51,022 nt of DNA from Octopus bimaculoides. Taxonomy: Eukaryota. Numbering within the stretch: position 1 is the first letter of the stretch; every line of letters starts with the position of its first letter. The position numbers and the translations under genes were made by a program. A model generated the notes under the pieces. It did no database searches, was not told where the DNA came from, and saw only the letters and a program-made list of their open reading frames with translations. This document shows, piece by piece, positions 11,010 to 22,665 of the stretch. The stretch spans positions 138,030,258 to 138,081,279 of the forward strand of contig NC_068982.1 in the NCBI RefSeq assembly GCF_001194135.2, given 5' to 3'.

Positions 11010-11880
11010 ACCAAAAATATAAGTATTTTAAAAAAATGTTTTAATATTAACTAGATTATGGTTGGGTGATAACAGCTTACTCAAAGTAGTTGCCCTCAGC
11101 TTCCACCATGACCTCAAGATGGCTTTGGAACCTGACACATGCATTCCTTGCTGTGTCCCTGGGAAGATCTTTGAACACCTCCTTAAACTTGGTCACCAGC
11201 TTGGCCTTGGTATTGCAGGTAGAGTGATTGATGTCTTTTGCAACCATGCTCCACACACAGTAATCAATGTGTTATATCGCAATACTACACAGTGGCTGTG
11301 TGAGCTGCAAATCCTCCACTGTTATGTCTCAAGCTACTGCTATCTAGCACCTTCAGATGATCTCTACTCAACCGCTACACAACTGCTACTTAACACTCCT
11401 ACCACAGCCAGATTACCTCTATTTATATGTCTTGGGAGATCCTAGTTCTTCGCCTGGGGGCGTCGACACAACACAATGGGTTTTTCAATCAAGGGAATTA
11501 GGAATCCAGAAACTGGGGCGAAGTTGAAATTCTCCAACCACCACTTCCGACTATTTCCAGAGGTACGGCAAGGAGCCAAATCTTGCTGCTACACATATGG
11601 CCCCCTAGTGGCAAGCTTCTTCAGCCAGGGATTGACTACAGTCTCCAGCAGCTTCATATGACCTAAATCCCTGTTCAGAAATGTGGGGATGAATTCTAGC
11701 ATGCATGCGCAGTGAGAGCGTCTGTCACATTCATTTCCTGTTGGTCAGAGCTTTGTTGTCAGCATTACAGTTGCATACCATGCCTTACAACCTTTCCAAC
11801 ATTCACAGAGCATTGATCAGTAGCAGTCATGATGTCAGCATTTTCATACCTGGCAAGAATCATCATGATACAGGTAAATC
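11010..11880 (-). mobile_element. internally deleted Tc1/mariner transposase remnant (probably DD37D/maT type)
   Basis: Minus-strand fragments RRSHC..EFI, KLLETVVNPWLKKLATRGPYV*QQDLAPC and DYCVWSMVAKD..CNTKAKLV..LEVMVEAEGNYFE*. The family call is inferred from motif similarity. Confidence 0.8.
11270..11473 (-). mobile_element. 204-bp solo LTR inserted in the mariner transposase
   Basis: TGTTATATCG...CGACACAACA termini (TG...CA with imperfect inverted repeat), 5-bp TSD CAATG at 11265-11269 and 11474-11478, minus-strand TATAAATAG. Confidence 0.8.
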
Positions 11881-11891
11881 TTTCCCAATAT

Positions 11892-11953
<62 letters not shown>

Positions 11954-11984
11954 ACATACATACATACATATATGTATATACAGG

Positions 11985-12310
11985 AGCACTCCGTCGGTTA
12001 TGACAATGAGGGTCCCAGCTGATGTGATCAACGGAACAGCTTGCTCATGAAACTAACATGCAAGTAGCTGAGTGCTCCACAGACATGTGTACCCCTAACG
12101 TAGTTCTCAGGGAGACTCAGCGTGACACAGAATGTGACAAGGCTGGCCCTTTGAAATACAGGTACTGCTCATTTTTGCCAGCTGAGTGGACTGGAGCAAT
12201 GTGAAAAATAACGTGTCTTGCTCAAGGACACAACGCATCGCCGGGAATTAAACTCACGACCTTACGATTGTGAGCCGAATGCCCTACCCACTAAACCACC
12301 TGCCTTCACA
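11985..12310 (-). mobile_element. tRNA-derived SINE sharing its 3' half with 6085-6479
   Basis: Reverse complement of ggaacagc..ctgagtgctccacagac..cgtgacacaga; tRNA-like head at 12230-12305. Confidence 0.8.
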
Positions 12311-12319
12311 TGTATATAT

Positions 12320-13110
12320 ATGGTTGTGTGGTGTGTGGTAAGAAGTTTGCTTCCCAACCACATAGTTCTGGGTTCAGTCCAATTGCACGGTACCTTGGGC
12401 AAGTGTCTTCTACTTGGGCCAACAAAAACCTTGAGTGAATTAGCTAGATGGAAATTGAAAAATGTCCATCATCCTCATCATTGTTTAATGTCTGCTTTCC
12501 ATGCTGGCATGGGTTGGACAGTCAGTTTGACTGAGGACTGGTAAGCCAGGAGGCTGCACCAGGCTCCAATCTGATTTGGTAAAGTTTTTACAGCTGGATG
12601 CTTTTCTTAATGCCAACCACTCCGAGAGTGTAGTGGGAGCTTTTTACGTGCCACCAGCAAGGGTGCCAATCAGGCGGCACTGGCATCGGTCATGCTCAAA
12701 TGGTGCTTTTTATGTGCCACCGGCATGGGTGCCAGCCGGGTGACACTGGCATCGCCCATACTCGAATGGTGCTTTATACGTTCCACTAGCATGGGTGCCA
12801 GTCAGGCAGCACTGGCATCGGCCATGACTACAATTTCACTCGGTTTGACTGCGATTTCACATATATGTACACACACACACACACATATCTGTGTGTCTTT
12901 GTGCCTGTGCTTGTTCCCCATCATCACTTGACAACCAGTGTTGGTGTGTTTACGTCCCCATAACTTAGCAGTTCAGGAAAAGAGACCAATAGAATAAGTA
13001 CTAGGGTTTAAAGAAAAAAAAATGTATTGGGGTCAATTCATTCAATTAAAATCCTTCAAGGTGGTGCCCCAGCATGGCCACAGTCTAATGAGTGAAACAA
13101 ATAAAAGATA
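12320..13110. mobile_element. family B SINE (+) split by an inverted RTE-tail element carrying three 66-bp units
   Basis: SINE head at 12320-12470, inverted RTE tail at 12470-12635, 66-bp units at 12648, 12714 and 12780, SINE 3' part at 12895-13110. Confidence 0.7.
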
Positions 13111-13416
13111 AAAGGGAAAAAAAATAGACACCAAAATAAGCAAACAGAAAACTTGATTTCAAAAAATTTTTACTTTATTTTCTAGATTTTCAACTTGTTA
13201 ACAATAGAAGCAGAACATAACCAAAACAATTTTTTATCACACATCACTTTTTTTTACCAACTAAAATTACAATAGTTAAAATTATCAGAAAGTGAATACA
13301 CATACACACACACACACAGCCTTGTATTCTTCTTGTAGCCAATGCAGCCTGAAGGCTGTGGGCATATATGTACATGTATGAATACACATATATAAATGTG
13401 TATATATATATACAAT

Positions 13417-13454
<38 letters not shown>

Positions 13455-13615
13455 TAGATATATATATGTATACATAGACATACACAAATATATATATATG
13501 TCTATGTATATATACATACAACATATATATATATATATAGTTGAAATTTATAGAAAAACAAAAGACGAAGACAGGTGTATGAATATATACACATATATAT
13601 ATATACAAATGAATA

Positions 13616-13667
<52 letters not shown>

Positions 13668-14164
13668 AATGAATATGCATATATATATATATATATATAC
13701 TCACACACACATGAGAACGCTTACAAATATTTGCTATGTTAGCAAAAAGTTTTGTCATAATAGGCACATTGGAGATGAAAAGCTAATACCTAACAGAAGA
13801 AAAAAAAAAGTGAAATAAAATATACTACAAAACAATCCTGTTTGATTTTATATATAATTCTGATTTAATATTGCGAGATTTTTGTTTTTATGTGAATATT
13901 AAAAAAAGGGGGGGGGTAAAAAATATGAAATTATTTTGAAACTTATTAAAGAAAAACAAACTGTTATATTGTTCAATATATGGCTCAATAAAAATTAGAA
14001 CTTAGAATTGGATATTTCAAATGGACTGATTCAACTACATCTTACAACAATAATAATATTGAGCATTTCCATGTGATGTTTGTTTTGCGCATTTCAAAAA
14101 AGAAAAACAGTATATATATATATACATCTATATATATATATTTATTTAGTTGTACTTTATTTAA

Positions 14165-14404
14165 CCCGTTTGATACCAACCTATTCAAGATTACTGCTGG
14201 TGCTTTGATACAAACTTCCTGTTTTTAAGTGATCTAAATTAAAATCTCCCATCAAATTTTCATGTTAATAATTTATGTACCAATATGTTACAAACACCAG
14301 TTTAATAATGACAAAGTTATTTTACTAAACACTTGATTATTTTTTTTAAAATTAATTGAAACACAAAAGTAGTGTATTTCAGTAGAAATATGGTAACAAG
14401 TGGG
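14165..14404. mobile_element. piggyBac-type MITE
   Basis: TTAA|CCCGTTTGATACCA ... TGGTAACAAGTGGG|TTAG imperfect TIRs. Confidence 0.6.
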
Positions 14405-14419
14405 TTAGGTTCAAAATTA

Positions 14420-14545
14420 TAGTGTCCACAAGGTCTGGGTACAAGGAGTAAATAAAAATCATAACATAAACAATTAAATATAAGAAATAATAATTCTTTC
14501 ACGTATGTGTTGATCCCCGTGTACCCAGACTTTGTGGACACCCTG
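14420..14545. mobile_element. Tc1/mariner-type MITE
   Basis: GTGTCCACAAGGTCTGGGTACA and TGTACCCAGACTTTGTGGACACCCTG|TA are inverted repeats. Confidence 0.7.
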
Positions 14546-15235
14546 TACATCTTTTAATGCTTATAAACTTTTGAATTGCATAAACATTTCGTACTGATAG
14601 GACAGCAATAACTTTACTCTCAGTAAAATGGGGTCTAATATATTTAACATGATGGACCAAGAAATATTAATTAGATATAATTACATCAGAGATGGAAAGA
14701 ACGAACGAAGTCTTGTCTTGATGATTCACTCTGATCAAAATAGTCTGCAGATACACCACCACATTTGAAATTTATTACAATCCAGCAAGTGTTATATAGC
14801 TTTACATTTATTTTTCACTCTTGCTAGTATGTTTGGTCGGAGCAATCCCTACCATTTGTGATATATGATGAGTACACTTGTTAAACGTGGCAGCAACATC
14901 GAAAGTAAACTGCACACTCTCTCGCTTATCTACTGGCGGTCAAGCAGAGTTATCTACCTTGATTTGGTGTACAAAGTCACATTCGAACACATGTCTAAGT
15001 TGTCAGCAGCCCAGTATTAAACCTCACAGCCATTGTACTCTGTGTATGTGTGTGTGTGTTATGCGTGCGTGTATGTGTGTGCTGCATTTTTCCAGGTTTA
15101 AAACAGAAAAAAAAAAACAATCTGAGCTGGTATATAAATACCTATAAAATTAGTTGTAGATTTCATATACATACATACATACATATAATTTATATATATA
15201 TCTTATTTCTATATCATATAAATATACTTTATATC

Positions 15236-15284
<49 letters not shown>

Positions 15285-16089
15285 GTAGTATATTGCCACT
15301 TAAGTGTGGCTGACCCCTAGGGGTGGATGTTNNNNNNNNNNNNNNNNNNNNNNNNNNNNNNNNNNNNNNNNNNNNNNNNNNNNNNNNNNNNNNNNNNNNN
15401 NNNNNNNNNNNNNNNNNNNNNNNNNNNNNNNNNNNNNNNNNNNNNNNNNNNNNNNNNNNNNNNNNNNNNNNNNNNNNNNNNNNNNNNNNNNNNNNNNNNN
15501 NNNNNNNNNNNNNNNNNNNNNNNNNNNNNNNNNNNNNNNNNNNNNNNNNNNNNNNNNNNNNNNNNNNNNNNNNNNNNNTAGGGAAAAGAACCAAGGTTCA
15601 TGAACTCATCGATGAAAATCCACTATCACATATAGAAAAATTAATAAGTAAAAGCAATTTTAATTTTTAATAAATTGAATTTAATTGAGTTTTTACCTGT
15701 AAATTTGGATTTTTATCCCTAATAACATTATATATATATATGTATATATGTATGTATGTATATTATACACACACAAGCACATACATACACACACATACTG
15801 ACATACAAATACACAAACACACACATAAAATATACACATCAAGATAATTAACTAAAAATATTTAATTGGTAAGACAAAATATTAGAATATTTGTGACAAT
15901 TAAAAATTACAGTTCATTTCTTTTGAAACTTATTTCTTAAAAAAAAAAAAGAAACATTACAATTAATTGAAAAATCATATTTTAAATATTACTATTATAA
16001 CCAAGAAAAAATATTCATTTGATTAATCAATGTATAGAAAAAAAAATAGATACTGATTGAAATTTTCAATGAATACAAAATGAATATTG

Positions 16090-16714
16090 ATTTCTAATTT
16101 CGGCACAAAGCCAGCAGTTTTGAGAGAAGAGGTGGTTAATCAATACTATCAATCCAGTATTTGACTGGTACTTTATTTTATCAACCCCTGAAAGGATGAA
16201 AGGCAAAGTTAACCTTGGCAGGATTTGAACTCAGAATGTAAAAAGCCAGAAAAAAAAAAAAAACCCCACTTGCAAAGCATTTTTTCTGGCAATTTAACAA
16301 TTCAGCCAAAATTATAATAATAATAATAATAATAATAATAAGTGGGGCTAAGGTACAAATATACAAGGCCCGATATGCCCATCACGATAAGACACCAGAT
16401 AGGTAGATGCATGTGCCTTGCGTACCCTTATCAGATGTGTAGGCATGATGGGTATATAGGGATTTGTATATTTGTACCCTAGAGTCACCTTTATGTCGTG
16501 CGTTGCTCTCTCACTCAATAATAACAATAATAATACTAACCCTTTCTACAAATGGCACAAGGCCTGAAATTTCGGGGGAGGGGACTAGTTGATTAAATCA
16601 ACTTCGGTGTTTCACTGGTACTTTGGTTATCGACCCCCAAAAGGATGAAAGGCAAAGTTGACCTCAGCAGAATTTGAATTCAGAACATGCTAACGATTCT
16701 GCCCATTCACCACC

Positions 16715-16749
<35 letters not shown>

Positions 16750-18075
16750 CCTTTCTACTGGAAGCTCAAGGCCTCGAATTTGGGGGAAGGGATTAAGTCG
16801 ATTAGATCGACACCAGTGCGTAACTGGTACTAATTTTATCGAGCCACAAAAGGATGACATATTTAGAAATATCTATGCAGTATGGAAAACAGCATTACAT
16901 CAATCTTGAAAATTTTTCTCATTCTGGCAAATACAGGAGACAACTCTGGACATGTTTTGATCTTATTAGACCTCCTCAGTAAAGCTATGCATACACTTCC
17001 AAATACTTATTCTTTCCTACTCTAGGCACACGGCCCGAAATTTTGGGGGAGAGGGCCCAGTCAATTAGATCAACCCCAGTATGCAACTGGTACTTAATTT
17101 ATCAACCCCGAAAAGATGAAAGGCAAAGTCAACCTCAGTGGAATTTGAACTCGGAACGTACAGGCAGACGAAATACCGCCAAGCATTTCGCCCGGCATGC
17201 TAACAATTCTACTAGCTCACCACCTTAATAATAATAATAGTAGTAGTAATAACTTGTTTCTACTATAGGCACAGGGCCTGAAATTTTGGAGGAGAGTGCT
17301 AGATAATTATATTAACCCCACTGCTCAACTTGTATTTATTTTATTGATCCTCAAAAAAGGACGATAGGCAAAGCTGGATTTGAAATCAGAACTTGGGGGA
17401 AATGCAGTTAAGCATTTCGTCTAACGCTTTAACAATTCTGCCAGCTAATTACCAGAATAACTAATAATAATAATCGTTTCTACCATAAACACAAGGCTTG
17501 AAATTAATGAGGGAAGGGACTAGTCGATTCCACTGACTCCCAGTATTTGACTGGAACCTAATTTATTGCCCCCACTAAAGGATGAAAGACAAAGTTGACC
17601 TCGGCAGAATTATATAATAAGGGTTTCAAATTTTGGCACCAGGCCAGCAATTTGGGGGGAGAGGGTAAGTTGATTACATCGACCTGAGTGCTCAACTGGT
17701 ACTTTATTTTATCAACCCTGAAAGGATGAAAGGCAAAGTCAACCTCGGCAGCATTTGAACTCATGGTGTAAAGACATGAAATGCTGTTAAACATGTGTCC
17801 AGTGTGCTAACGATTCGGCTAGCTCACCGCCTTAATAATAATAATAATAATCCTTTCTACTATATAGGCACAAGGCCTAAAAAATTTTTTTTTTGTAGGA
17901 GGAGCTAGTTGATTACACCAGCCCCAGTATTTCATTGGTAGTTAATTTATCGACCCCGAAAGGATGAAAGGCAAAGTCGACCTTGGCAGAACTTGAACTC
18001 AGAACATAGCAATGGGCAAAATATTTTTAGGCATTTCATCCAGCATGCTAACGACTCTGCCAGCTTGCCATCTAA
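16090..18075 (-). mobile_element. array of about eight family A SINE copies separated by (AAT)n, with one partial family T element
   Basis: Core ggatgaaag(g/a)caaagt..acct.ggca, or its flanks, at about 16195, 16642, 16850 (partial), 17115, 17365, 17580, 17723 and 17962. Confidence 0.85.
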
Positions 18076-20811
18076 TTAATATTAATAATAATAATAATAA
18101 TAATAATAAATTCATTACATATACCTTAATTTATCTAAACTTTAGAAGACACTTATCTCACCTGAAGCATTTATGTTGTTTTCTTACTCAAATGTTGAGG
18201 CCGGAGAAAAAGAAAAAAAAGAAAGCTTTCCTTCACTAACAACATACAAAGCTAATGCTTAAAATTCAGAATATATTTGAAAACATGACTTTTCATTCAT
18301 AAATAATAATTTTTTTTTTCCCAAAGAAAATAGTCCTACAGAAGGGAAAACGAGTAGTACAAGAGACACAACGGAAGTGAGCGCCATGCCCACCCCCTAG
18401 CAGTATATAATGGAACATGAATATTATATATCTTCTCTTGAGGCATTGCTTAGTTTAAATGAGTATGAAATCAAAATCAATGGTAAAAATCTATAATCTA
18501 ACTCCATGACATGCTTAAGACACTGCTGATAGCACCCCATTTGAAAAATAACCAAACCAGCAAAATGATGATAAATATGGTCAATAATTTATATTATCAT
18601 TTCCGATGCTTTCTTTCTTTAAGTTTTGTTTTTGAGCCTTTTTGAGCATTCACACATAAGAATATACACACAAACACTCACATACAAATTTGAAATTTTT
18701 TTCAAAGTCCCATCCCATTTTTTTTTTTTTTTTGACTTTCAACTTAAAGTTGTCTTTCTTGAAATGACTGAGGAAAAAAAATATGAATAGTTTTTCAAAA
18801 ATTTACTGGAATTGGTTAAATCAATTAAATATAGAATTATCCTAGCAGCAAAATGAATATATTTTAATTTCAATTTTTTAATTTTTTTTTTATCTAATTG
18901 GCTTATTAATATAAACAAATTGTTATATCAGCAAGCTGTAAAATAGCCAAGAATAATTTCATGATGGGGTTTCTAAAATAGTGTCATATATAAATATTGT
19001 CAAAATTATTCTGGGTCTATTTACATATGAATTCAGATTTNNNNNNNNNNNNNNNNNNNNNNNNNNNNNNNNNNNNNNNNNNNNNNNNNNNNNNNNNNNN
19101 NNNNNNNNNNNNNNNNNNNNNNNNNNNNNNNNNNNNNNNNNNNNNNNNNNNNNNNNNNNNNNNNNNNNNNNNNNNNNNNNNNNNNNNNNNNNNNNNNNNN
19201 NNNNNNNNNNNNNNNNNNNNNNNNNNNNNNNNNNNNNNNNNNNNNNNNNNNNNNNNNNNNNNNNNNNNNNNNNNNNNNNNNNNNNNNNNNNNNNNNNNNN
19301 NNNNNNNNNNNNNNNNNNNNNNNNNNNNNNNNNNNNNNNNNNNNNNNNNNNNNNNNNNNNNNNNNNNNNNTATATATATATATATATATATATCATTTAA
19401 TATACACAATTTAGAAAAGAGCTACTAATAGTTTTATGCCGTAGAGGTACACTTTTTTGCATCAACCTTCTTTGTGATTTTCTTCTCATTTTTTCCCCTT
19501 ATGTTTTTCCATAGACCAGCATCCTGGTTTTTTAAATACATCTAACAATATGCACTGAACCTGAAAGATCTCTTAGAGATACATAGCATGTTATATAAAT
19601 CAGCCAAATTATTGTATCACAACAGCATGAAACTATTAGCAGCTCTTTTGTAAATTGTATTAAATGATATTTATCTCTCACTGGACGAAGCAGTTTTTCT
19701 GTTGATCCTACCTACAATGGAACAGTAAATATGTGTGTGTGTTTGTGTGTAGTCTCTGTTCCACTTTCAGTTACTCTGATATGTCCATCATCTATCATAC
19801 AGGTACCTTGTTTCTACTTTTCTTGTACTTTTATTTTTTTCAAGGAGAAAAGAGAAAACATCTAAAACTTCCATTTTTCATTCCAGCATGAAACTGATAT
19901 TCCAACTTTGTATGTTCATTATCTATTTTCTTGTGGTGTACTTTTAAAGATACATTTTTAGATTTTCACCATGTTGACACAGAATAGTGATCTGGTCNNN
20001 NNNNNNNNNNNNNNNNNNNNNNNNNNNNNNNNNNNNNNNNNNNNNNNNNNNNNNNNNNNNNNNNNNNNNNNNNNNNNNNNNNNNNNNNNNNNNNNNNNNN
20101 NNNNNNNNNNNNNNNNNNNNNNNNNNNNNNNNNNNNNNNNNNNNNNNNNNNNNNNNNNNNNNNNNNNNNNNNNNNNNNNNNNNNNNNNNNNNNNNNNNNN
20201 NNNNNNNNNNNNNNNNNNNNNNNNNNNNNNNNNNNNNNNNNNNNNNNNNNNNNNNNNNNNNNNNNNNNNNNNNNNNNNNNNNNNNNNNNNNNNNNNNNNN
20301 NNNNNNNNNNNNNNNNNNNNNNNNNNNNNNNNNNNNNNNNNNNNNNNNNNNNNNNNNNNNNNNNNNNNNNNNNNNNNNNNNNNNNNNNNNNNNNNNNNNN
20401 NNNNNNNNNNNNNNNNNNNNNNNNNNNNNNNNNNNNNNNNNNNNNNNNNNNNNNNNNNNNNNNNNNNNNNNNNNNNNNNNNNNNNNNNNNNNNNNNNNNN
20501 NNNNNNNNNNNNNNNNNNNNNNNNNNNNNNNNNNNNNNNNNNNNNNNNNNNNNNNNNNNNNNNNNNNNNNNNNNNNNNNNNNNNNNNNNNNNNNNNNNNN
20601 NNNNNNNNNNNNNNNNNNNNNNNNNNNNNNNNNNNNNNNNNNNNNNNNNNNNNNNNNNNNNNNNNNNNNNNNNNNNNNNNNNNNNNNNNNNNNNNNNNNN
20701 NNNNNNNNNNNNNNNNNNNNNNTATATATATATGTATATATATATATATATAATATATTCAGTGTAATACAAATGAACATACACACACACGCATATGTGT
20801 GTAGTGATGAA

Positions 20812-21035
20812 AATTAGTTTCAAATTTTGGGACAAAACCAGCAAGTTTTGGGGGAGGGGCTTAGTCAATTCACATCAACCCTAGTACTCGACTGGAACTT
20901 ATTTTAACGACTCCAAAAGGATGAAAGGCAAAGTCAACCATGGCAGAGTTTGAACTCAGACTGGAAAGGGTGGACAAAACGCCACTAAGCATTTCACCCA
21001 GGGTGCTGACGATTCTGCCAGTTCGCTGCCTTATG
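20812..21035 (-). mobile_element. family A SINE
   Basis: Same core, with the tttcaaattttgg tail type. Confidence 0.8.
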
Positions 21036-21893
21036 TGCAGTGATAATATTAAAGGATGAAAGGTAGTAAAGTTAAGCTGTTGGAGAATTTGAATTGTTTT
21101 AAATTAAGGAATGGGACCATATGCATTAATCTTCCTATCAGTTCACACCCCCACCCCATCAGCCATTACACCACTGTGTTAAAATTGTGATAGAAATAGT
21201 ATATGGTTATGATAAAAATTTTGCAACTTCCATCTCTGCTAGGAATATAAATGAGAGCTACACCCGAAGAAGACTGAAAATACAGCCAATGTAGTTCTGA
21301 AAATGAGTAAAAATGGAAATCCTCAATCGTTCACATTTTCAATACACAGAAATATAATCACCATGTATTATTAAATATTATTTTAAACAATATTTTTTCT
21401 TTCAACAAATATATAATTGTGGCTGTATATAAATTATTTAATATTCTTTCATGAATTTATTTATGTTCAGTGGAATCAACTTTTTAAAAATAATAATAAT
21501 AAAAGAAACAAATTTGAAACTGGCTTAATTGAAATGTAATTTTTTTTTTTTTTTACTGTTAATGTAATTAAAAAACAAATTACATCTACAGGCAGCAGCT
21601 ATAACAAATGCTGCCAGTAACTATGGTGTTAAAAACATTAATTAATGACAACATACTTAAATGATTATTTTTGAAATTGTACTAAACATTTAGCTTATAA
21701 ATATACTAATGCCAAAATATATTTTAAATAAAATTAAATAAATAAAAACTCAATCAAAGTAAGGGATTTTCATTTTAGAACACATTTTCATTTTACAATA
21801 ATTGGAATGTTTCTTTTCATGAAAATGTAAAATAAATACTTATGTTTATCATTTGATGCATTCTAAAGCATAATTAAAGGCTATTACTATTTG

Positions 21894-21939
<46 letters not shown>

Positions 21940-22620
21940 ATTATATATATATAATATATATATATATAAAGTTAGGCAATCAATTTGTTTCTTATTTGGC
22001 TAGTGTTTATTTGTTTTTCTTATAAATGTCATTGCAAAATTGGCTCTAAATTTGACAGAAAACTAGATCACTGTTCCAACATTCAATCAAAGAAAAAAAA
22101 AATGAAATGAACAAAAATTCATTATACATTTTCTATACAAAATTATTCCCACTCGTTTTCACAAATAACTTAGTTTCTTTGTGCATTTTCCTTCCTTCTT
22201 CTCTTGTAATCAGCACTGTTCAGGATGGGGAGATAAATGGCAGTGTATGGAAAATAATCCTGAAAGCGATAACTTTCACTGGAATTTAAATTATTTTCCC
22301 TCCCCTCTTCATGTATGCTTTTTCTTTTGAATGTTATCAATTAAAATAAATTGCATTTTTTTTCCAGAATTTTAAACATCCAGCCATTAAACTTGCATGA
22401 TCAGCAAGCAATATTACCACTTTTATGAGGTAACTTCCCTTCCAAACAAATAATTGTGGCAGTGATGTTTTTGTTAAGAGGAATTCGTTCCTGCTTCCTT
22501 TTCATTCACAGCTGGGTTTGTGCAAAGTCCCACAACTCAGTGAAAAATCTGATGAAGCTATGTGAGATCAGTTAAGCTAAATATTTGTTAACACAGTCAT
22601 TACCCTGTCACATAATTATA

Positions 22621-22665
22621 TCACTCTCCTTTAGGTTCTTCATCTGTGTCTTCGAGAACTGAATC
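22621..22665 (-). CDS. Bcl-G-like final coding exon F (DSVLEDTDEEPKGE*)
   Basis: ttttctgcccacag|GAT TCA GTT CTC...GAG TGA; phase 0. Confidence 0.8.
   Translation of the reverse strand, partial: DSVLEDTDEEPKGE

Noticed and set aside
11062-11445. 127-aa + ORF
   Set aside because: Antisense to the mariner remnant and solo LTR.
14866-15019. Small + ORF MMSTLVKRG...AAQY* after an acceptor-like site
   Set aside because: About 51 aa with no recognisable homology or flanking exons; compatible with chance.
16090-18075. Regularly recurring ~30-bp core resembling a CRISPR array
   Set aside because: The repeats are parts of ~220-bp tRNA-SINEs, the spacers are homologous to each other, and the DNA is eukaryotic with no cas genes.
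21050-22620. Defining the Bcl-G 3' UTR end
   Set aside because: Several minus-strand AATAAA and ATTTA motifs occur, but they are expected by chance in such AT-rich DNA, so I cannot pick the site.
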